Shown here piece by piece: positions 37,172 through 45,521 of a DNA stretch of 64,000 nt (the stretch's first letter is position 1; each line of letters starts with the position of its first letter). This stretch comes from Candidatus Colimorpha onthohippi (lineage in GTDB: Bacteria > Bacteroidota > Bacteroidia > Bacteroidales > P3). The DNA lies in assembly GCA_018064565.1 (NCBI GenBank), contig JAGHVA010000052.1, forward strand, positions 2,220 through 66,219, read 5' to 3'. The notes below the pieces were generated by a model. That model did not search any database and was not told the origin of the DNA. It was given only the letters and a program-made list of their open reading frames with translations. The translations under genes and the position numbers were made by a program.

Positions 37172-39438
37172 TGCGAGACATTATTATAGCATCCAATTTT
37201 ACTCATTTTATTATAATGCTCCTCATAACCAGCTAATTTAAATACTTCTTGAAATGCTTCTTGAAATGAAGCATAATCAAAGTCTTTCATATCATATATG
37301 TTTATATTATCTGAATGTGATTCACGATTAATATATCGATAGAATGCTTGAAACTTTATATTTTCTTTGAAATCTTTTTTTTGGAAAACCTCGTTTAATG
37401 CATTATTCATAATAAACCCAAAGAAATAATCTATTATATTTCTCATGCAATTTGCAATTAATGCAGGCTGGCTATTTTTATCATTTACTACAGACCAATA
37501 CATTTGATAGTCATTTTGTATTTCACTATACTTCATCGGAACAAAGGAACTCCCTTTGGTAGTTTTTACTATTCGGAATAGGTGAAATTCCTTTTCGAGC
37601 TCCTTTTCTTGTTCTTCTTCTTTTAATCTTTTTATATTTTTACAAGGAGATTTTGCTAATTCATAGAAAAAATACAAATTGTGTGTCAAAACAAATATCT
37701 GCTCATATTTCTTAGAAGACGAAAAGAATTCTTCTTTAATTAAAACTCCAACGTTAAAGACAAAAATATGAGACAGACTTGAAATAGGGTCATCTATAAT
37801 GACTATTTTCTTTTTGTTCGTTGATTTAGAATCATCTTTCCCCTTGCATTCTTCAATAAAATAAAGAAAACTGATAATCATTTTTTCACCTTCGCTTAAA
37901 GAGTCAAAAATATTATCACCTTCATCCTTCGAACGAACCAATTTATACTCTGCTTTCTCTTCATTGTATTTAATGATATTAAAACTATCTATTCCAAGTT
38001 CAAGCAAGCGATTATTGATGTTATTAACAGCATCCTCAATGTTAGAAACCAGTTTAGATTGTTCCGTTATTATTTTGTCTTGCTTTTTTATTTTCTCAAC
38101 AATCTCTGATATTTCTTCCTCAATTTTTTGCTGCTTTTTATCAAAATTTTTTTCATCATCCTGAAAACCTTCGAGAGTTGTGTCGTATTGTAGTCGTATA
38201 TTTTCCCAGAAAATTTTCTTTAGACTTTCTAATGTTTCATCTTTCTTTTCGATTTTTGAATTAAATTCATTTATTCTGTCATTTGCTAATTTAATAATAG
38301 CATTAAGAGAGTTAAATTCATTTGTTACAGGATCCAATTCAACATGTTTACTGGGGGTATCTATTTTTGATTTTATAATGGTCAGATTATTTTTTAATAC
38401 GGATTTGAAATTCAGCAAAGCAGCATTATAAGAGTCAGAAAGATCTTTTAGAAAATCATTCTGAGCAAATGCATGATCCTCAATAATATTGTCGATTTGT
38501 TGATTGTAGTTTCCATATATTATTTGTAATTGTTGCTTGTCTTGTTCATAAGACTTATCAAAGCAGGCTTTTAATTCGGTAATTATATGCTCTTTGTTTA
38601 TTTGTTGCTGGCAGAATGGACAGTATGCTGGTTCCTGTTGGCTTTCAACATAATTAAGACCAGCATTTACCCAATCACTATTTTTAAGTTGTTCGATTAG
38701 AGTTGAAAATGTAGAATTGTTACTTCCAACAATTTCTTTTTTCAAAAGATTTAATTCTTGGTCTGATAAACCTGTAAAGAACACCACCATTAGAGGGTTT
38801 ATTCTTGTTACATTATTGTCTAAAAGAGTAGATAGTTCTTTCTGTATATTCTCAATGCTTTTACTTGGTGCTGTTTGAGGTTTTGGAAGACTAAGTACAT
38901 AGTTAAAGAGGTCTTCTTTATTCCTCTTTAAACCAGTGAAAAATTGATCGGTATTCCTTTCTCCTCCAGTATAATCTTTCTTTATTTGCCATATTGCATT
39001 TACAGCAGTAGTTTTTTTTCTATTAAAATCATTCTGAGAATTATTCTTTTCATCTTCTTTTGATTTCTTTAAGATGTCAAGTCTGGCTTTCTCTTCATTC
39101 GCCTTATCAATATTCCCTTTAGCAGTAGCATTTCCTTGAGACAGTGAGAATATACCTTTCAATGTGGGACTCTGGTAAAAGTTTTCTTTCACCCATTTCT
39201 CATTATACACGAGTATTTGTTCGTCTGAAGACAATTTCATATTGTTTTCAGAATTATCTGTTTCAATGGAACAGTCTCTGAATTTTTCATCGTGAGAAAC
39301 AATATTCCTGAGGAACTCAGAAAATGTACTTTTCCCTGTTCCGTTTAATCCATAAATCAGATTAACCTTTTTATCTGTATATAAAGATGTTGCTTCTTTA
39401 AAGCAAGCAACATCTTTAAATGAAATTTTGTTTATCAT
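37165..39438 (-). CDS. rloC: RloC/PrrC-family (AAA_13) ATPase, putative anticodon nuclease embedded in the type I R-M operon
   Basis: Start trimmed to MINKISFKDV (ATG 39438-39436, forming an ATGA overlap with the hsdS stop). Walker A is GLNGTGKST (about 39325-39351). A long coiled-coil-like K/E/N/Q-rich insert carries CPFC (38611-38622). The ABC signature is LSEGEK, Walker B is IVIIDDPISSLS and the H-loop is VLTHN. The C-terminal region carries MRNIIDYFF...YINRESHS. Confidence 0.65.
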   Translation of the reverse strand: MINKISFKDVACFKEATSLYTDKKVNLIYGLNGTGKSTFSEFLRNIVSHDEKFRDCSIETDNSENNMKLSSDEQILVYNEKWVKENFYQSPTLKGIFSLSQGNATAKGNIDKANEEKARLDILKKSKEDEKNNSQNDFNRKKTTAVNAIWQIKKDYTGGERNTDQFFTGLKRNKEDLFNYVLSLPKPQTAPSKSIENIQKELSTLLDNNVTRINPLMVVFFTGLSDQELNLLKKEIVGSNNSTFSTLIEQLKNSDWVNAGLNYVESQQEPAYCPFCQQQINKEHIITELKACFDKSYEQDKQQLQIIYGNYNQQIDNIIEDHAFAQNDFLKDLSDSYNAALLNFKSVLKNNLTIIKSKIDTPSKHVELDPVTNEFNSLNAIIKLANDRINEFNSKIEKKDETLESLKKIFWENIRLQYDTTLEGFQDDEKNFDKKQQKIEEEISEIVEKIKKQDKIITEQSKLVSNIEDAVNNINNRLLELGIDSFNIIKYNEEKAEYKLVRSKDEGDNIFDSLSEGEKMIISFLYFIEECKGKDDSKSTNKKKIVIIDDPISSLSHIFVFNVGVLIKEEFFSSSKKYEQIFVLTHNLYFFYELAKSPCKNIKRLKEEEQEKELEKEFHLFRIVKTTKGSSFVPMKYSEIQNDYQMYWSVVNDKNSQPALIANCMRNIIDYFFGFIMNNALNEVFQKKDFKENIKFQAFYRYINRESHSDNINIYDMKDFDYASFQEAFQEVFKLAGYEEHYNKMSKIGCYNNVSQC

Positions 39439-40568
39439 GATTCTTCCTCCTTTAAACTTCCCCGAATCAAGATGGGGCAGATGTTTTTTAGTTGTTCTTT
39501 GAGCGCGTTCGCTATACGTTGGCGCTCGATATAACACTTGTGGATGTTGACTATCTCACGTTGAACTGAAATGTCTGGGATTGGGATTGCTACCTCTTTC
39601 ATGTCTTCCATTGTGAATACCTCTCGTGCACTTCCCCATGAATTGAAACGTGCGTAGCGGTCGAATTCTGGACGATTGAAATACATAAATAGGTATTCGG
39701 GCAAAAGTTTTGAAGTGTCTTTGCTCTTGAAAGTAGTATATATGGAAGATACCAATAATGGTGCTTTGCCACGATTCAATGCTATAGCTATCTTATCACC
39801 TCTCCTTGAAGTGTCTGAAACATATACGAAAGTGTTTGTTCCTACAACCTTATAGGATGTAAGACTGACCCCATTCATGTCTGCTTTGGTGTCAATAAAG
39901 GATTTCTCTGTTGATAATCCTTTAACGCTATTAAGTTGTAATTGATTATCGCTATTCCTTTCGTCGCACACTTCAATGTAGTCGCCAATTTTCATTTTTT
40001 CATTTTCAGCCTTCAGTTTATCCAAGTACCCGTCGCAGACGAGTTTCAGTTCATCCGCTTTGCTTTGGTAGGCTGCGAGGTTTTGTTGCAGCGCCAAATA
40101 AACATCAACGTATTTGCGTTGCTGCTCGATGGGGGGAAGGGTGATCTCTATATCACAAAAATCTTCCCAAGAAAAAGTCTCCCTTGCACTGCCCCATGAA
40201 TTGAAACGAGAATAACGGTCGAACTCTGGACGATTGAAATAGATGTATAAAAATTCAGGTATCAGTAAATCGAAACGGCTACATCTGAAAGTCGTATAAA
40301 TCGAAGAAATGAGAATGGAACAAGAATCGTTATTAAATGCAAGGGCGATCTTGCCTCCACGACGTGAGGTGTCTGGAACGTAAACAAAGTCTCTATAGTT
40401 TACTATTTTATAAGAATCTAAACTTACACCATCCATATTCGCTTTTGTGTTTATAAAGTTTTTCTCGGTAGAGATGCCCTTCACATCTTCAAGCGAATAT
40501 TTACCCATAGAATTACGCTCATCTGTTAATTCTATCAGTTCCCCCAATTTATATTTTTTCATCGTCAT
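39435..40568 (-). CDS. hsdS: Type I restriction-modification specificity subunit S
   Basis: 377 aa ORF with two target-recognition halves, each ending in the conserved FNRPEFDRY(S/A)RFNSWGSARE block. The halves are separated by coiled-coil spacers (QQRKYVDVYLALQQNLAAYQSKADELK and VQREIVNIHKCYIERQRIANALKEQL). Confidence 0.9.
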   Translation of the reverse strand: MTMKKYKLGELIELTDERNSMGKYSLEDVKGISTEKNFINTKANMDGVSLDSYKIVNYRDFVYVPDTSRRGGKIALAFNNDSCSILISSIYTTFRCSRFDLLIPEFLYIYFNRPEFDRYSRFNSWGSARETFSWEDFCDIEITLPPIEQQRKYVDVYLALQQNLAAYQSKADELKLVCDGYLDKLKAENEKMKIGDYIEVCDERNSDNQLQLNSVKGLSTEKSFIDTKADMNGVSLTSYKVVGTNTFVYVSDTSRRGDKIAIALNRGKAPLLVSSIYTTFKSKDTSKLLPEYLFMYFNRPEFDRYARFNSWGSAREVFTMEDMKEVAIPIPDISVQREIVNIHKCYIERQRIANALKEQLKNICPILIRGSLKEEES

Positions 40569-40574
40569 GCTTTT

Positions 40575-41006
40575 TCAGGTTTTCTTATTCGGCCGTAATA
40601 GGTCACCAACTTGGCGGCTAATTTGGTCAACGAGTCGTTGACCTTTTGCATCACATTCATTGTAAAATAGATACCAACGCTTCATGTATTTTACATTGGT
40701 AAGAGAAAAACCTGTAATATCAGGAAAAGACTGCTGCATATCGAGAGCGAAATGCTTTACGACTCCGGCACCCCAACGTTCTTCTGCCCGTAAAGTCACC
40801 AAATCTTTTCCAATGCTCCAATAGAATTCAAGCATTGTAGTGTTCACGCGAACAGATGCCGTTATCTGGCTTTGGCGAAAACGTGCTTTAACATCTGCCA
40901 GCCATTCTACATACTCTTTGTCGGCTGTCATACCATCACGATATACAAACGATGGCTTTTCTGCGTTTTTACTCTCTTTCATATACTTTTCCTTATTTGA
41001 TTCCAT
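40575..41006 (-). CDS. DUF1016 (YhcG-like) N-terminal domain fragment; the PD-(D/E)xK nuclease half is absent
   Basis: 143 aa ORF. The segment RFRQSQITASVRVNTTMLEFYWSIGKDLV...RWGAGVVKHFALDMQQSFPDITGFSLTNVKYMKRWYLFY matches the N-terminal helical part of YhcG-type proteins. Full-length members are more than twice as long. It overlaps the hsdM 3-prime end by 14 nt. Confidence 0.6.
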   Translation of the reverse strand: MESNKEKYMKESKNAEKPSFVYRDGMTADKEYVEWLADVKARFRQSQITASVRVNTTMLEFYWSIGKDLVTLRAEERWGAGVVKHFALDMQQSFPDITGFSLTNVKYMKRWYLFYNECDAKGQRLVDQISRQVGDLLRPNKKT

Positions 41007-42603
41007 ACCCGATGCCCTTGAACGCCTCCTCGAGCATTTTTTGCGATTCTTTTTCGCGCTGCATCAACTCTTTCATCTCTTGCTGGATGCGGGCCATCTC
41101 TTTGGGGTAGTCTATCTCCATGTCATGATCGACGAACTCGATGTACTTGCTCGGCACCAACGTCCAGTTGTTGGACTCTATCTCCTGGATTCCCACGCTG
41201 CGGTATAACTCAGGTTCTGCAAAATCCTTCCCGTCGGTCCCTACCGCCTGCCACTGGTGGTAGATGTCGGCCACGCGCTGAATCTGCTCGGTGACGAGGC
41301 GTACTTTCTTCTTCTGCTCGCCTTTGACTGCGTTGTCGGTCCACCCACGCAGATCCATAAAGAGTATCTCGTGTTCTCGGTTGCGGAGCTCGCGTCCATG
41401 GTACTTGCCGCCCTTCTTGTTTAGGTTGAGGATCCAGAAGGTTACGCTGATGTCGGTGGTGATGAACAGTTCCCGGGGCAGGATGATGATGGCCTCCACC
41501 TTGTCGTTCGCTATCAGCCTCTTGCGTATTTCGAGCGCGTCGGTGTCGCCGAGCGCGCCGTTGGCCAACAAGAACCCCGCCACACCCGAAAGCGGCTTGA
41601 GGTGGGAAAGCATGTGGAGAATCCACGCATAGTTGGCGTTGCTCTCCGGCGGAGTGACGTAGTCCGTCCACCGCGAGTCATCCTTCAGGTTGTCATTCCA
41701 CCAGCCTTTCAGGTTGAACGGTGGGTTGGCCATGATATAGTCGAAGTACAGGCCCTTGTGCAAGTCGTTGGTGAAGGTGGAGTCGCTTTCGGAGCCCAGG
41801 TTATGGCTGATGCCGCGCAGGGCGAGGTTCATCTTTGCCAAGCGGTAGGTGGCGGCCTCCTTCTCTTGGCCATATACGTTGATGTGGCTGATGTCGCCCT
41901 GTCGGGCTTCCACCAGTTCGGCGCTTTGTATGAACATGCCGCCGGAGCCGCAACATGGGTCGTAGAGGGTTCCGTCGAAAGGCTCGATGACGGTGGCTAT
42001 CAGCTGCACCACATCGTGAGGCGTGTAGAACTCGCCCTCCTCCTTCGTGGCGTTTACGGCAAACTCTTTCAGGAAGTACTCATACACGCGGCCTATCAGG
42101 TCTTTCTCTTCGCCAAAGGTCTTGTGGCTAATCTTGTTAACCTCATCCACAATCTTCTTCATGTCGTTGGCACCGAGATTGCGTTGGGTGAATGTGCCTT
42201 CCACGAAACAGCCTTTTAGCGTGGGGTGCGTTTCGCCAATGCTTCGCAGCGCCGTGTCGAGCGCCACGTTCAGTTGGGGTGCTGCCGTGTTGATGATTGT
42301 GGACCAGCGAGCCTCTACGGGCAAGTCGAAGGTGCCATCGGCGAAAGTGGCGTCATCGAAGAAGGCCTTGACAATCTCCTCGTCGTCGGGGTCAAGCCCT
42401 TCCGCAATCAGCCTCTGACGCAATGCCGCCACGCCATCCTCATATTTTTCGCCCATGAAACGGAGGAACACAAGGGTCAGCATCATGTCGCGCTTTTCGA
42501 AGAACGAGCCGGAGTTCTTTGCCTGCCTCAAGATATCCCTGCATTTGAAAAGGATGGCTTCGAGGTTTAGGGTTTCTTCTTTCTTAGTTGCTTTCTTTGC
42601 CAT
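40993..42603 (-). CDS. hsdM: Type I restriction-modification methyltransferase subunit M (N6-adenine)
   Basis: 536 aa ORF with an HsdM N-terminal domain, SAM motif I LYDPCCGSGGMF and catalytic motif IV IMANPPFN. Confidence 0.95.
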   Translation of the reverse strand: MAKKATKKEETLNLEAILFKCRDILRQAKNSGSFFEKRDMMLTLVFLRFMGEKYEDGVAALRQRLIAEGLDPDDEEIVKAFFDDATFADGTFDLPVEARWSTIINTAAPQLNVALDTALRSIGETHPTLKGCFVEGTFTQRNLGANDMKKIVDEVNKISHKTFGEEKDLIGRVYEYFLKEFAVNATKEEGEFYTPHDVVQLIATVIEPFDGTLYDPCCGSGGMFIQSAELVEARQGDISHINVYGQEKEAATYRLAKMNLALRGISHNLGSESDSTFTNDLHKGLYFDYIMANPPFNLKGWWNDNLKDDSRWTDYVTPPESNANYAWILHMLSHLKPLSGVAGFLLANGALGDTDALEIRKRLIANDKVEAIIILPRELFITTDISVTFWILNLNKKGGKYHGRELRNREHEILFMDLRGWTDNAVKGEQKKKVRLVTEQIQRVADIYHQWQAVGTDGKDFAEPELYRSVGIQEIESNNWTLVPSKYIEFVDHDMEIDYPKEMARIQQEMKELMQREKESQKMLEEAFKGIGYGIK

Positions 42604-42977
42604 GTCGATAATTCTTATAATGTGTCTTATTTTATAACAATGCTTACTCGTTCCCTATCTAACAAGTCAGCATAGTAGAAGCAAGCTTTCACTATGCCGA
42701 GTATTATCGATAAAGAGTTATCCAGTGTTACCTTGGATAGACTTTTTGCCTTTCAAACCAAGTTGAAACGACCTTTGTAGTATGACTATCAACCTGTTTA
42801 CAGCCACTAAGCATACCTAATCCGACAATGAACATCGTAACGGTGATAATCAAAAAAAACTGTTTGTTATACTTCTCAATATGCTATAAATTAGCTTAAT
42901 TGCAAATACCAATTGACACCAAAAACAACCTCACAAAAAATATGTTTATCATTGAAATTAGCCAGACCTGCTTATAG

Positions 42978-43919
42978 TCAAAAAGGCACACGGATATACC
43001 TGCCACCACCAAAAGGGGCAACAAGACTCTTAAAAAACTGTTTGAGATGATGCTTATAGAAACGCTTCCACCCATTATACTTATAGCGGGGCTTGAGATC
43101 ACTCCATGGACTCTGCTCAACGTATGACCAAAAGATATGCTTATACGGATTTACACACTCTTTGAACCAAGGCTTGCGAAGCGATGCATAATGGATAATT
43201 ATTGGATTGAAACGGCATTGCAAGAGTTCCTCTTTTTGCCATTCTACAATAGGAGGGTTCTTACGCAAAAAGCACTCCAACAGGTTCCACCGTGGCGACA
43301 CGGCTTTGATATGTCCTCGGCAAACGACATTGAGAATATCCTGGTCGTGAAACAGGATCTTATCTACATGATGCTGCATAAAATCGCGTACCCGGTTTTC
43401 AAAATCCATCTGCCGCATGTAATCAAGATTAAACAGGCACATACCGCTATTGAAATAGCCATCCTGCATAGGATACCCCAACCGCGGGAAACACTTATGG
43501 AGCATCAGGGTAGTGTCGGGCACCGCAGCCATGGCATAATTTGATAAATCAGTATTCCACAAAGCTTCGAGATCGCCACATACCACCATATCGCAATCCA
43601 GATAGAGCACCCTATCACACTGCGGCAGCAGCGAGGGCGCCTTGAGTCGGAAATAGGCCTCGACCGAGATGTTCGAAAAACGGCTGCCGATAGGCAGCAT
43701 GCTATAGTCCGACGAGTCGATAGGCAAGATAGCTATGTGCTGATGATACTGCTGCGCCAATGTATCAAAACGCAGTCGGTTTGACTGCCCCATATCGCTG
43801 CTGAGGATATAGATATGAACCACATGCCTACGGTTGTTTTGCAACAATGAGGTGAGCATCAAACCACAATAGGCACCGTAAGCATCATTGGCGGCACATA
43901 ATATGTGAATCGTTGACAT
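42978..43919 (-). CDS. Glycosyltransferase family 8
   Basis: 313 aa ORF. IHILCAANDAYGAYCGLMLTSLL, the DxD motif (YLDCDMVV) and the FNSGMCLFNL motif are typical of GT8 LPS/glycan transferases. Confidence 0.85.
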   Translation of the reverse strand: MSTIHILCAANDAYGAYCGLMLTSLLQNNRRHVVHIYILSSDMGQSNRLRFDTLAQQYHQHIAILPIDSSDYSMLPIGSRFSNISVEAYFRLKAPSLLPQCDRVLYLDCDMVVCGDLEALWNTDLSNYAMAAVPDTTLMLHKCFPRLGYPMQDGYFNSGMCLFNLDYMRQMDFENRVRDFMQHHVDKILFHDQDILNVVCRGHIKAVSPRWNLLECFLRKNPPIVEWQKEELLQCRFNPIIIHYASLRKPWFKECVNPYKHIFWSYVEQSPWSDLKPRYKYNGWKRFYKHHLKQFFKSLVAPFGGGRYIRVPF

Positions 43920-44608
43920 CAGTCAGGACGAATGCTGTGAGGGAATGTGGCGGGAAGGAAATCGAAACGCAACAGATAGCTGTCGGTAGAAGGGTTGTAA
44001 TGTATCGTAAACATGAATGTTGAATAATGATACCTTCCAAACCATGGTTTCTGTTTGAGTGGAGCATCGTCGGTTGCGGACCCTGCACGGACTAAGGCTT
44101 CACCACGCTGATTTGCTTTTATTGAAGGCTCTTCTGGCAAATCAGCCACAGGAGCCTCGTTGTAATAGGTTATTGCCGATGCCATTAGCCGCTGACGCAA
44201 CTGCGCAAACCACGGCTCATGAGGAAACCGCCAGTTGCCACGCACCTCTTGCCGCACCACTACCACGCGCTGATCAAGCATCTCAAACAACACCCCTTGC
44301 TGATTCTGATAAATGACATGTTCCCCACTGTCGTCTATCATCTGCAAGCCAACAGGAAAACGGTCTATCAGTTCAGCCAAGGTAAGACCCAACCAAGCAT
44401 CGGGGCTGCCTCCTCTGCAAATAGTGTCTATCGGCAATGCAATGGCTGGCATTATGGACTCGGGGTCAGTAAAACTGCGCGGACGATAGGTGTTCTGCAG
44501 ATTACCTAACACGTTATTCTTAGCACACGATGCCAGCAGCATCACTATACAAAACAAGGCAAGAATAGGCAACCACCTATTCTTACCTTGTTGATTAAGT
44601 TTATCCAT
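43919..44608 (-). CDS. Hypothetical lipoprotein
   Basis: Start trimmed to MDKLNQQGKNRWLPILALFCIVMLLASC (lipobox LLASC). No family recognised. Confidence 0.5.
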   Translation of the reverse strand: MDKLNQQGKNRWLPILALFCIVMLLASCAKNNVLGNLQNTYRPRSFTDPESIMPAIALPIDTICRGGSPDAWLGLTLAELIDRFPVGLQMIDDSGEHVIYQNQQGVLFEMLDQRVVVVRQEVRGNWRFPHEPWFAQLRQRLMASAITYYNEAPVADLPEEPSIKANQRGEALVRAGSATDDAPLKQKPWFGRYHYSTFMFTIHYNPSTDSYLLRFDFLPATFPHSIRPD

Positions 44609-44782
44609 ACAATTAGATGTTAGTCTATTACTGTCCGCCAAGCAGTTCTTAGTTTCTGAGTTTACCTCACAGACCCATACAATACTTACAATCAAGCAAA
44701 TACAACGGTATATATATTCTTCTTTACTATTAAGCAGACAACTACCGCTGGCTGTTCAGCTTATTAACACCCCTATTCAAAT

Positions 44783-45355
44783 TCAATATCTAATTTTAAT
44801 ACCATTTGCATCGCCCGCTGTTCGGACTGCCGAGAACTCAAGTTTGCAAGTGCCCGTTGTTACCAAATCGGCCAGATTAGACCCTTTCTCACCATAATAG
44901 CCAGTCCACTTCATTGCTTCCGACTGCTTATAAGGCATCTGTGTGTTATAAAAGATTGTGTGCGTAAGCGTATTATCCGCCACCGCAAGCACCAAATAGC
45001 CATCTTTTACATATCCGTAGGTGCCTGACAAGCTCTCCAAATAACCTTTTGTTTTAAGTTCCTCATCGACAGGCTCGAACGTAAATTTAGCCACATGCTT
45101 GGCAGTATAAAGTGGGATTCCGTAAACCGAAGCTTCCGCACTATCAATGGTCATGACAGCAGAATAGGTAGTGCCACCCACGAGAGCACCCAACAAGGAG
45201 GTCTCAGTTATCTCCACATTGTAAGTGCCGATAAAATCACCTAACTGAGCCACTGTACCTGTCTCGGTAGTATCCGACTCCTCTTTCTTGCAGGAAGTAA
45301 GACAGCAAGCAACCGCTAACGCAAATGCGCAAAGAACAAATGAAAATTTCTTCAT
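44783..45355 (-). CDS. Hypothetical lipoprotein
   Basis: Start trimmed to MKKFSFVLCAFALAVACCLTSC (lipobox). It is preceded by a TAnnTTTG box. No family recognised. Confidence 0.6.
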   Translation of the reverse strand: MKKFSFVLCAFALAVACCLTSCKKEESDTTETGTVAQLGDFIGTYNVEITETSLLGALVGGTTYSAVMTIDSAEASVYGIPLYTAKHVAKFTFEPVDEELKTKGYLESLSGTYGYVKDGYLVLAVADNTLTHTIFYNTQMPYKQSEAMKWTGYYGEKGSNLADLVTTGTCKLEFSAVRTAGDANGIKIRY

Positions 45356-45385
45356 AACGATAAATATTTTTGTTTTTTTGAGTTG

Positions 45386-45393
45386 CAAAGATA
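45386..45393 (-). promoter_or_regulatory. Candidate -7 promoter box TATCTTTG
   Basis: Exact TAnnTTTG match on the minus strand, 31 nt upstream of the ATG at 45355. Confidence 0.4.
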
Positions 45394-45521
45394 CATTTTT
45401 TTTGTCAAATAGTATCAAACAAATATCTATAGGATGCCCGCTACTTGTCCGATGAGATAATACGACACCTATCGCCACCGTTTTGAAACATGTATCACAC
45501 CATTTCCTCGACGGCAGTCGG

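Noticed and set aside
37375-39019. T8 homopolymer runs (37375-37382, 39012-39019) inside the RloC-like gene as phase-variation switches
   Set aside because: The gene is about 28-30 percent GC, so 8-nt A/T runs are expected by composition. The frame is intact, and there is no evidence of length heterogeneity.
41210-42219. ORFs 41210-41671 (minus strand, 153 aa) and 41602-42219 (plus strand, 205 aa) within hsdM
   Set aside because: Both overlap the hsdM frame, which carries the DPCCGSGG and NPPF motifs. Their products are Arg/Gly/Pro-rich or Val/Gly-rich, with no motifs.
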